This document shows, in pieces, positions 30,807 through 39,375 of a stretch of DNA of 64,000 nucleotides (positions are counted from its first letter, which is position 1; each line of letters opens with the position of its first letter). A program made the translations under genes and the position numbers. The notes under the pieces are model-generated. The model did not search any database and was not told the DNA's origin. It was given only the letters and a program-made list of their open reading frames with translations. The stretch is from Candidatus Poribacteria bacterium (GTDB taxonomy: Bacteria > Poribacteria > WGA-4E > WGA-3G). The stretch covers positions 2,208,001 to 2,272,000 of the forward strand of contig CAXXLX010000001.1 in the NCBI GenBank assembly GCA_963665235.2, written 5' to 3'.

Positions 30807-33677
30807 ACACTATTTTCCATATTTTTGACGTTATTTCTAATTTCGACTGTCCATCTCCCGAATAGTTTTGGGCAAGGAGACATGCAATTCAGTTTACCGG
30901 AGGATGCCAAAGCGCGTCTAGGTAAAGGTTGGATAAATGAGATTCAATATTCACCGGACGGTAGCCGTTTAGCGGTTGCAAGTTCCATCGGTATTTGGTT
31001 GTATACTACAACCCCTTATCAGGAAATAGCCTTGCTTACTGAACATACAAGCTGGGTGACTAGCATTGGGTTCAGCAAGACTGGAACCCTTGCGGGTGGT
31101 GGTTCGGATGGCACTATCCGCCTCTGGGACACCGCCACGGGTGAATATCAGCAGACGCTGACAGGGCATACGGATATTGTCAGGAGCGTAGCGTTCAGTC
31201 CGGATGGCAGCACGGTTGCCAGTGGGAGTGACGATGGCACTATCCGCCTCTATAGTACTATGTCTGGTCAGTCTCAGGAGCCACTCATCGGCCATACAGA
31301 CGTTATTAGGAGCGTAGCGTTCAGTCCGGATGGCAGCACGGTTGCCAGTGGGAGTGACGATGGCACTATCCGCCTCTGGGACGCTGTCTCTGGTGTCCAT
31401 CAACAGTCGTTCACTGGGCATTCGGGCGCGGTGTACAGTGTTACGTTCGATGCGAACGGTAGCACGGTTGCGAGCGCGAGTGTAGACGGCACAGTCCGTC
31501 TCTGGGAAGTCGCCTTTGGGCGACAAAAACAGGTGCTCTCTGGACATACGGATGCTGTCTTGAGCGTCGCGTACAATGCGAGTGGGGGTACGCTTGCGAG
31601 CGGGGGGGCAGATGGCACCGTCCGTCTCTGGGATGCTGTCTTCGGCGGTGAAAAGCAGACGCTCAGGGGACATACAGGTTATGTCTTGAGTGTTGCATTC
31701 AATGCGAGTGGGGGTACGCTTGCGAGCGGGAGTGTAGATGGCACTATCCGTCTCTGGGATGCTGTCTTCGGCGGTGAAAGGCAGACACTGACAGGGTATA
31801 CAGATTATGTCTTAGGCATTGCATTCAGCGGGAGTGGCGGCACGCTTGCAAGTGCAAGCACAGACAATACAGTGAATCTGTGGAATGCTATCTCCGGTCA
31901 GTACCAGCAAAAACTCACAGGCCATACAAATTGGGTTTGGCACGCTGTTTTCAGCCCGGATGGGCAAATGCTTGCAACCGGTTCAAGCGATAGCACTATC
32001 CGCCTCTGGAATATTGCCTCTGGCACCCCCTTGCAGACGCTTTCCGGCCATACAGATGTTGTCTTGAGTGTTGCGTTTAGTTTAGATGGTCGGACGCTTG
32101 CCAGTGGAAGTGGTGACGGCACTGTCCGCCTCTGGGATGTTACCTCTGGCACCTCTCTACAGACGCTCACAGAACACACGGATGCCGTTTTTAGCGTTGC
32201 GTTCAGTCCGGACGGTCGGACGCTTGCCAGTGGAAGTGGTGACGGCACTATCCGCCTCTATGATGCAACCACAGGACAGTCTCAGCGGACACTCATAGGA
32301 CATACAGATTATGTTAGGAGCATTGCGTTTAGTCCAGATAGCGGCACGCTTGCCAGTGGAAGTGACGATGGTACTGTCCGTTTGTGGGATACCGCCTTCG
32401 GTCTGAACAAGCAGACGTTCGTAGGGCATACAGATTATATTTTTAGTATCGCTTTCAGTCCGAATGGTAATACCGTAGCGAGTGGGAGTTTGGATGGTAC
32501 AGTCCGCCTCTGGGATACTGTCTCCGGTCAAGCGTTGCAAACGCTCGATGGACATACAAGCGGTGTGCTAAGCGTTGCGTTCAGTTCGGATGGCACGCTT
32601 GCTAGTGGAAGTTCGGATGGCACAGTGCTGTTGTGGGACCCCTCACTTGCAATGACCAGCTATGCAACTGTTGGGTTTTCGCCATCGCCAGTAGAATCAC
32701 CTGCTATTGGTAAAAGGTTAACCTTTTCACTTAACATTGCGGACGGGGTGGCCGTGTCAGGCTATCAGGCGAATGTGCTATTTGATACTTCTGCCCTCCG
32801 CTATGTTGAAAGTGCTAATTCGGATTATTTATCCGGAGACGCTTTCACAGTGGGAGCAGTCGTTTCGGAAGGCAGTGTGACGCTTGCGGCAACGTCTCTC
32901 ACTGGCGAAAGCAGCGGGGCAGGCACGCTTGCAACCATCACTTTTGAGGTTGTCGACCCCAAGGCATCTATGTTAACGTTATCTGATGTGCTCCTCACTA
33001 ACAGGGCGGGCACCGTTTCTTACGCCAAAGTTGAAATTGGGCATATAACGGCACCTATGCTCAAGACAGGAGATGTCAATGGTGACGGTGTAGTGAATAT
33101 CCAAGATTTAACACTAGTTGCCTCAAACTTCACGCGGACCGGGGAAAATGTAGCGGACATTAACGAGGATGGTATCGTCAATATCGTAGATTTGGCTTTG
33201 GTTGCATCAGGACTGGAAAATACCGCGAGTGCACCCGGAATATGGACGAGCAACGCGGCGGCACTGCCAACAAGAACGGATGTACAAGAGTGGCTACGTG
33301 AAGCGCAACAAATCGCATTGCCTGATAGGGATTTTCAACACGGTATCCTTGTGCTGCAGCAGCTTCTTGAAACGTTGTCCCCGAAAGAGACAGCACTTCT
33401 TCCGAACTATCCAAACCCGTTCAATCCAGAGACGTGGATACCGTATCAACTGTCCAAAGCCGCGGATGTCACGATTAGCATCTATGCGTCAGATGGGAAC
33501 GTTATTCGGACGTTAGCGTTAGGGCATCGGGATGCGGGGATGTGTCACAACCGCAGCCAAGCCGCGTATTGGGATGGCAAAAACGAGTTAGGCGAGTCCG
33601 TAGCGAGCGGTGTGTATTTCTACACGCTTACCGCTGGTAAATTCTCCGCCACGCGCAAAATGCTCATCCTGAAATAG
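30798..33677 (+). CDS. Secreted WD40-repeat protein with cohesin, dockerin and C-terminal FlgD-Ig/T9SS-like sorting domain
   Basis: Signal peptide; ~13-14 GHT..V.SVAFSPDG.TLASGS.DGTIRLWD repeats; GDVNGDGVVNIQDL dockerin; NYPNPFNPETW...RKMLILK. Confidence 0.9.
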   Translation: MQKTLFSIFLTLFLISTVHLPNSFGQGDMQFSLPEDAKARLGKGWINEIQYSPDGSRLAVASSIGIWLYTTTPYQEIALLTEHTSWVTSIGFSKTGTLAGGGSDGTIRLWDTATGEYQQTLTGHTDIVRSVAFSPDGSTVASGSDDGTIRLYSTMSGQSQEPLIGHTDVIRSVAFSPDGSTVASGSDDGTIRLWDAVSGVHQQSFTGHSGAVYSVTFDANGSTVASASVDGTVRLWEVAFGRQKQVLSGHTDAVLSVAYNASGGTLASGGADGTVRLWDAVFGGEKQTLRGHTGYVLSVAFNASGGTLASGSVDGTIRLWDAVFGGERQTLTGYTDYVLGIAFSGSGGTLASASTDNTVNLWNAISGQYQQKLTGHTNWVWHAVFSPDGQMLATGSSDSTIRLWNIASGTPLQTLSGHTDVVLSVAFSLDGRTLASGSGDGTVRLWDVTSGTSLQTLTEHTDAVFSVAFSPDGRTLASGSGDGTIRLYDATTGQSQRTLIGHTDYVRSIAFSPDSGTLASGSDDGTVRLWDTAFGLNKQTFVGHTDYIFSIAFSPNGNTVASGSLDGTVRLWDTVSGQALQTLDGHTSGVLSVAFSSDGTLASGSSDGTVLLWDPSLAMTSYATVGFSPSPVESPAIGKRLTFSLNIADGVAVSGYQANVLFDTSALRYVESANSDYLSGDAFTVGAVVSEGSVTLAATSLTGESSGAGTLATITFEVVDPKASMLTLSDVLLTNRAGTVSYAKVEIGHITAPMLKTGDVNGDGVVNIQDLTLVASNFTRTGENVADINEDGIVNIVDLALVASGLENTASAPGIWTSNAAALPTRTDVQEWLREAQQIALPDRDFQHGILVLQQLLETLSPKETALLPNYPNPFNPETWIPYQLSKAADVTISIYASDGNVIRTLALGHRDAGMCHNRSQAAYWDGKNELGESVASGVYFYTLTAGKFSATRKMLILK

Positions 33678-33739
33678 TATCATAGGACCTTATGATAGCT
33701 GGAGTGCTGTTGGCTTCGCTAGAAACTGTTGGAAACCGT

Positions 33740-33846
33740 TGGCCTGTTGGTTAATGGAAACCAGAAGTCTCTGACGCGTGTCAAAAACCTGCTTAGAATC
33801 ATAACCTCTTGCTAATTGCTAATTGCCAATTGCTAATCGCTAATTT
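33740..33846 (+). repeat. Dispersed ~100-bp element with heptamer (GCTAATT-type) arms, copy 1
   Basis: Core CTGACGCGTGTCAAAAACCTG.TTAGAATCA.AAC.TCTTGCTAATTGCTAAT matches the reverse complement of 52706-52806. Confidence 0.85.
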
Positions 33847-33851
33847 ATACA

Positions 33852-34991
33852 ATGTTTCAGAATATATCTGAAATTCTTACATTAAGTGCTTCTGCCGCTG
33901 TGCAGTGGCTCTTTTATCGGAAACGTTTACCGAAGGATTTCACGCCTGAACGGATTCTCGTCGTCAAACTTGACCATCTTGGCGATGTGCTGTTGGCAAC
34001 ACCGGTGTGCTCCAATTTACGTCAAACATATCCGAATGCAGAACTGCACGCGCTGGCTGGCGGGTGGAGCCGTGTTGTTTTAGAGCATCACCCGGATGTG
34101 GATAAGGTGCTTGAATACAATTCACCCTTTTTTTGTCGTTCGGGAAAACCGACGCGCTTCCGGGAAGCGGTGCAGCTCTACCGAGAATTACGGCATCAAA
34201 AATACGATTTGTTGATAGAGCTCCGGGGCGATTGGCGGACTGCGGGGTTTTCGCTCCTGCGGGTTACACCGAAACGACTTGCACGGGCAACGTTACAGGT
34301 TGCCAATAGGGTAGGTTTCAGAAAGTTCAGTGGAATACACGAAACAACCCGAAATCTGGATGTGTTGAGGCAGGCAGGCATCGCAACCCCGATGCAAACG
34401 CCTACCTTCAAGGTGCCAGAAGCGGCTGAAAAGTGGGCCTCTGATTTCCTGGCGGTCCATCGGATTAACCGAGCATATCCGCTGATTGTTGTCCATCCGG
34501 GGTCGCCGGTTGCGCTCAAAAGGTGGCTGCCCGAACGTTATGCGGAAGTGGCAGATTGGTTAATTGCCCGAAAACGTGCACAAATTGTATTTGTTGGGGT
34601 ACAAGATGAAATTCCGATAGTTAATGCCATTCAAGCGCGTATGCAGGGGGAATCCATTAATATTGCTGGCGAAACGTCTGTGATAGAATTGGCATCAATC
34701 TTGCAACTAGCTACAGTGTTTATCGGTAATGATAGCGGTCCGATGCACCTCGCTGCAGCAGTCGGGACCTGGACAATCGGACTGTATGGTCCAAGCGAGT
34801 CGGCTCGCTTTGGTCCGGTGGGGGCTTGGTGTGAAACGGTTCGTGGAACTACACCGTGTCCACCGTGTTCAGGTGAATTGTGCCGATTCGGGACAGCCGA
34901 ATGCATGCAGCAGATTCAGGTATCCGATGTGCTTCAGCGGCTCACGGAGATGGATTGCCTTGATAATTCGCCGCATTCAAGTTTAATTTGA
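33852..34991 (+). CDS. Glycosyltransferase family 9 (ADP-heptose:LPS heptosyltransferase-like)
   Basis: KLDHLGDVLLATP, HPGS...KRW and GNDSGPMHLAAAVG motifs. Confidence 0.92.
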   Translation: MFQNISEILTLSASAAVQWLFYRKRLPKDFTPERILVVKLDHLGDVLLATPVCSNLRQTYPNAELHALAGGWSRVVLEHHPDVDKVLEYNSPFFCRSGKPTRFREAVQLYRELRHQKYDLLIELRGDWRTAGFSLLRVTPKRLARATLQVANRVGFRKFSGIHETTRNLDVLRQAGIATPMQTPTFKVPEAAEKWASDFLAVHRINRAYPLIVVHPGSPVALKRWLPERYAEVADWLIARKRAQIVFVGVQDEIPIVNAIQARMQGESINIAGETSVIELASILQLATVFIGNDSGPMHLAAAVGTWTIGLYGPSESARFGPVGAWCETVRGTTPCPPCSGELCRFGTAECMQQIQVSDVLQRLTEMDCLDNSPHSSLI

Positions 34992-35016
34992 CATATTTTT
35001 GGATATAGTCTATAAT
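34988..35016 (+). promoter_or_regulatory. Consensus sigma-70 promoter upstream of DUF4159 copy 1
   Basis: TTGACA-17-TATAAT. Confidence 0.7.
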
Positions 35017-35067
35017 GTTTTCGTAGAATTCTTCATTATTTAAGCAGCGATTCAAAATGCTGTACAT

Positions 35068-35121
35068 AAACTGCACCGTTACGTGCAGTTTTTAAGGTGA
35101 GCTGCACGAAACGGTGCAGTT
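35068..35121. promoter_or_regulatory. Tandem palindromic enhancer-like sites (candidate bEBP/NtrC-type UAS)
   Basis: TGCAC-N6-GTGCA at 35072-35087 and 35103-35118, 31 bp apart, upstream of a sigma-54 promoter. Confidence 0.65.
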
Positions 35122-35170
35122 TTTCGATACGGATGTCGGGATTATGGGCAAATAACCTAACTTTTACTAT

Positions 35171-35186
35171 TGGCACGAAACTTGCA
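35171..35186 (+). promoter_or_regulatory. Sigma-54 (-24/-12) promoter
   Basis: TGGCACGAAACTTGCA matches TGGCACG-N4-TTGCW exactly. Confidence 0.8.
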
Positions 35187-35235
35187 TATAGTTCCACATA
35201 ACATCAAAACTTAATTTTTTTGTGAGGTAAAACGA

Positions 35236-36717
35236 ATGAGTGCAAAAAGAATGTCCGGAGCCTTAATGACTTCTATTATGCTTCACGTAGCGATAGCGTT
35301 GGTGGCAGGTTTTTACCTGGTCACTAAAACGCAAAAATTCAAGGACCTCGTTGGTGCTGAAGTGCTACAGACGAAAGAAGCCCCGAAGCCTAAGGTTCGG
35401 AAACCTATAATCAAACCTGTTATTAAACCTACACTTCCTACGCAAAATACCGTTGTGGTTGAACAAGTTCAGGTGCAACCGCGTGTAACGACCGCACTTG
35501 CCGCGAAACCAACGGATTTCCAACCGCAGACGGTGCTGGAATTTTCAAATCAACCTGTTAAGGTAAATGCACCGATTAATCCGAATGTGCCGAAGGTTGT
35601 GACCCCGAACACGCCTGTTCCGGAGGTAGTTACACATACCGATTTGCCTGTATCCGACGCGCCTTCAGCTTTGGCGTTTGCTGGTCCGGCTGCGAATCCA
35701 CCTTCAGCGGGTCCCGCTCACATTGCGCGGGGTGTTGCTGGAAGTCCTGTTCAGGTGAAAGTCACCTTTGAACGTCCGCCCGGTCTTGCGATGGTTGCCA
35801 ACGTAGGTGCTGAGGGCGACGCGCTCGGTAATGTCATAGAGAATATTACGCTCGGAAACGTTGAAGTGCCACCTCTGCCCAGAGGCGAACCCGGTGGTCG
35901 TGTTATCGGCAAGGGCCGTGATATTCGCGGTGTTTTCCGTTTCACACGTATTCGCCACACGCTCTCTGACTGGTGGGCAGACGCTTCCTCCCTGAACGCG
36001 CTTGCCAAATGGCTCAACGAGAAAACCAAAATCAAAACGGACATGAACGTTGAAGGTGGCGCGCTGAAACTGACAGATGCGAACCTACTAAAGACCCCGT
36101 TAGTCTTCCTGACAGGTCACGACCCATCTCTTGTGAAGGAGAAAGGGTTGCTCGGTAGTCAGCATGGTGGCGGTAAAATGGATAACCGTTTCACCGAAAC
36201 CGAAGCCGCTGGACTGCGTAAATACCTCGTTGAAAAAGGTGGATTTCTCATCTTTGACGATTGTGGTGTAAATGCACCTGCACAGGCAATGGTTCGTCTG
36301 TTCCTACAGCAGATGCGGTATGTGATGCCTGAGCATCAAATCGAACGTATCTCCAACGACCATGAGATTTATGACAACTTCTACGAAATGGGCGGTCCCC
36401 CTGTCGGTTACGATATTTTCTGGTGGGGTACTAAACCGAAGAAGCGTAACTTCCTTGAAGGCGTTTCGGTTGGTGATAAGTTGTCCGTTATCGTTGTTCG
36501 CCGAGATTACATGTGTGCGATGGAGGCAGTAAGTCTTCCGACGCGTGCGGTTCATTATTCACCCGGTGTGTATCGTTTCATGACAAACGTAGTTGTGTAT
36601 GCGTTGACACACGGTAACATCGCTGATTACTCCGGCTATGTGCCTGAAGACACCTTAGCGAAACGTGAGCTTCCGACACGTGCACCCGAAGCTGCGAAAA
36701 TCGGTGCCGTTGAATAA
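35236..36717 (+). CDS. Membrane-anchored DUF4159 domain protein, copy 1
   Basis: N-terminal TM helix, Pro-rich linker, FLTGH...LRKYLVEKGGFLIFDDC...HEIY...NVVVYALTH. Confidence 0.8.
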   Translation: MSAKRMSGALMTSIMLHVAIALVAGFYLVTKTQKFKDLVGAEVLQTKEAPKPKVRKPIIKPVIKPTLPTQNTVVVEQVQVQPRVTTALAAKPTDFQPQTVLEFSNQPVKVNAPINPNVPKVVTPNTPVPEVVTHTDLPVSDAPSALAFAGPAANPPSAGPAHIARGVAGSPVQVKVTFERPPGLAMVANVGAEGDALGNVIENITLGNVEVPPLPRGEPGGRVIGKGRDIRGVFRFTRIRHTLSDWWADASSLNALAKWLNEKTKIKTDMNVEGGALKLTDANLLKTPLVFLTGHDPSLVKEKGLLGSQHGGGKMDNRFTETEAAGLRKYLVEKGGFLIFDDCGVNAPAQAMVRLFLQQMRYVMPEHQIERISNDHEIYDNFYEMGGPPVGYDIFWWGTKPKKRNFLEGVSVGDKLSVIVVRRDYMCAMEAVSLPTRAVHYSPGVYRFMTNVVVYALTHGNIADYSGYVPEDTLAKRELPTRAPEAAKIGAVE

Positions 36718-37012
36718 AAGTAGTGTTTTGGCTCATGTTAGAGGCTTGCGCGCTTTTTACATGAGCCAACCCCTCTTTCTTTGACACAAAGGCATCTCTA
36801 TCTTACAATGAAAATAGTGTGATAAAACATCAATCGGAACTGGAAAGTCAACTCAAACATGTGAACGCAGAAATAGAGAAAATCAAAATAGTTTTGAAAA
36901 CGCAATTCAACCTGCACATCTAACTATTTGATAAAATGTCAAAAAAAATGTTGCGCAGAAAATGTAGCTCCGTTTATAATACTTGAACAGGTGAGAAATC
37001 ACTTCAGAGTGA

Positions 37013-37041
37013 TTGACATATTTTGTGTTGTTCTGTAAAAT
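37013..37041 (+). promoter_or_regulatory. Sigma-70 promoter for the island cargo
   Basis: TTGACA-17-TAAAAT. Confidence 0.6.
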
Positions 37042-37170
37042 GACAACAAGGTGTTCTCAATGCACGGCAAAGGTGCGTTACACCGGGGCACGTTTCCCCC
37101 CTTGGGAGGAGCGCTGACAGTGCTAACAGCTTTAAAAGCACCATCCGCGCGTAGCCCATATCATAGTATA

Positions 37171-38099
37171 ACCCAAGTTGCTAGTAATAAATCCCTTTGA
37201 TATCCATGGGATTTGCTGTATAATGTCTTTGTGACAATAAAACAAAAGGAGAAACCCCATGGATTTAACCATTGTAGCAGTTTACACAATTTGTGACGAC
37301 CTTTTAATCTCAATAGGACATAAAACCCATCCCAAGGCACAAATGACAGATGCTGAAGTGATGACAACTGCGATTATCGCAGCACGGTATTTTGGAGGCA
37401 ATCATCAAAGAGCCTGTAGTGTTCTGAAAACCTTCGGATACATTCCGAATATGTTAGGGTATTCCCGATACAATCGGAGGCTTCATAAGATACCGCATTT
37501 ATTTCAAACACTTTTTGGATATATGTCGGAGGTATCTAAAGCCACTAACCCGAATGGTATTTATTCGATTGACACCTATCCGGTATCCGTATGTGACAAC
37601 ATCCGGCGGATTAGCCGCTGCCGTCTCTATCAAGGCGAACAATGGCGTGGCACCATCCATAGTAAACACCGCCACTTTTATGGTCTCAAAGTGCATCTGA
37701 TGGTGACCGAAGCGGGACACATCGTTGAGGTTTTCTTCACCCCCGGCAAGTGGAACGATGTCCGGGGGATGCGATACTTCCCATTTGATGTGCCTGATGG
37801 TTCGGTGATATATGCCGATAAGGCATATTGCAACTATGCGATTGAAGACGCACTCCAGGATGTAGGGATTACTTTCAAACCGCTTCGGAAGAAGAATCTC
37901 AAGCGTCAGTTTCCGCCTTGGGAGGTCTCCTTACAACATTATTACAGAAAACGGGTTGAAGTGACAAATAGTCTGATTACACAACTCTTACCCAAGTCAA
38001 TACATGCAGTGACACCGACAGGTTTTGAGTTGAAAGTGTTTTTATTTATCATCGCAACAAATGGACAACAACTTTATGGCGATAACTAGCAACTTAGGT
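37171..38099 (+). mobile_element. IS982 family insertion sequence
   Basis: TIRs ACCCAAGTTGCTAGT / ACTAGCAACTTAGGT (1 mismatch); 7-bp TSD TAGTATA at 37164-37170 and 38100-38106. Confidence 0.92.
37259..38089 (+). CDS. IS982 family DDE transposase
   Basis: TDAEVMT, SRYNRR, IDTYP, FYGLKVH, YADKAY and RKRVE motifs. Confidence 0.92.
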   Translation: MDLTIVAVYTICDDLLISIGHKTHPKAQMTDAEVMTTAIIAARYFGGNHQRACSVLKTFGYIPNMLGYSRYNRRLHKIPHLFQTLFGYMSEVSKATNPNGIYSIDTYPVSVCDNIRRISRCRLYQGEQWRGTIHSKHRHFYGLKVHLMVTEAGHIVEVFFTPGKWNDVRGMRYFPFDVPDGSVIYADKAYCNYAIEDALQDVGITFKPLRKKNLKRQFPPWEVSLQHYYRKRVEVTNSLITQLLPKSIHAVTPTGFELKVFLFIIATNGQQLYGDN

Positions 38100-38443
38100 T
38101 AGTATAGTATGATAGGGCTGGTTTTCATGGTATCACAAGCTTGTGATAATTGAAATATGAAAGCCAGCGTTGCCCGAAGGTTAGAGTCGGTAGCGACTGT
38201 TTCGTTTCACTTTTTCCTGCCCCCCCCTCTCACCTTTAGGGACTGTCAAAATCAAAACAGACCGGTGAAAGTTAGATACATTTACTTTCACACATCAAAC
38301 TGATAAAGGAGACTTTCAAGTGTTATTTTTAAGGAATATGATGGACAATCACAAGATATTAACTGCAATCCTTGTGATTTACTTCTGTTTATTTTTGGGA
38401 GTATATCAGGCCGTTGCTATATTTTGGAAAATCATTGGTGTTA

Positions 38444-39375
38444 TAGTAGATTTTAGAATTACGTATACATATTGATAATCTCGGTGAGTGACTTATCTGC
38501 GTTATATTTCCGGAGCCGCTTAATGTTGGCGAAGTCCTGTTCAATCGGATTGTAGTCCGGAGAATACGGGGGCAAAAACAAAAGGGTCGCCCCTGTTGCT
38601 TCTATCAGTTCTCTACTTCGCGCCGTTTTGTGAAAAGTCGCATTGTCCATTATCACTGTGTGCGATGCTGTGAGATGCGGGCATAAGTCTTTTGATAACC
38701 AAGTGTTGAAACGCTCGGCATTGCAGCTGCCTTTGAATAAGGTGTGTGCCGCAAACTTCCCCTCTATTCGTGCAGCTATCATATTCGTTTTGGGATGTTT
38801 TTGACCGGTAACTAATGCACGAACAGGGACACCTATAGGGGCATACCCATAAGGTCTAAAAGTCTCTGGCATAAAACTGCATTCGTCCACAAAAACTAAG
38901 GACTTCCCGTTCTGTTGTTCTATTTGCAACTGTTTTTGATAGGTTTGACGCTTTTGAGGGCAGCGCTCCTTATACCCTATTGTCGCCCGAAGCGGCAACA
39001 GCGGAAGACTTTTTTTTTCGCGTAAAACCCATTTTTTTCAATGTATACCAAATACAGAAGGTGGATACCTCGAAGTGATTTGCCCGCTCTGCGAGTGTTT
39101 GATCTGGAAAATCGGTAGCGTGTTTTCGGAGTGCCTCAACAGAGAGTGCCCGGGGGCCTCGGGGGCCCGGTTTTTCATAAGTGAAAGGGTCTTCGGCAGA
39201 GAGCCACCGGTAAATGATAGTGCGGGAAACAGAAAAGCGTTTCGATGCTTCTGTTTTACTGCCACCTGCTTCAATAAAATCTAAGACGCGTTTACGTAAA
39301 TCCTTGGAATATCTCATAATATATGAAGTATACCAAATGCAGAAAAAAATGTCAACGTATTTCCATAATCTACTA
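38444..39375 (-). mobile_element. IS630 family insertion sequence
   Basis: TIRs TAGTAGATTTTAGAA / TTCCATAATCTACTA; TA target duplication at 38442-38443 and 39376-39377. Confidence 0.92.
38459..39317 (-). CDS. IS630 transposase split into two ORFs (HTH 39317-38970; DDE 38998-38459)
   Basis: YSKDLRKRV HTH; FVDE, MDNATFH, LPPYSPDYNPIE; A9 run at the junction. Confidence 0.88.

Larger units (their letters stand above)
35127..36743 (+). repeat. ~1.6-kb direct repeat copy 1 (copy 2 at 43650-45266)
   Basis: Constant offset 8523; identical for the first ~535 bp, then scattered, mostly synonymous substitutions. Confidence 0.97.
37048..38225 (+). ncRNA. Candidate multi-hairpin leader/ncRNA (~240 nt once IS982 is removed)
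   Basis: Six consecutive hairpins; GGGGCA (~37086) can pair with TGCCCC (~38218); one hairpin is split by IS982. Confidence 0.4.

Noticed and set aside
30969-32555. Repetitive minus-strand ORFs within the WD40 gene
   Set aside because: Antisense shadows of the 126-bp WD40 repeat units.
37060-37085. c-di-GMP-I riboswitch (GGCAAA loop)
   Set aside because: The second stem and tetraloop-receptor consensus are not recognisable; kept only as an unclassified structured RNA candidate.
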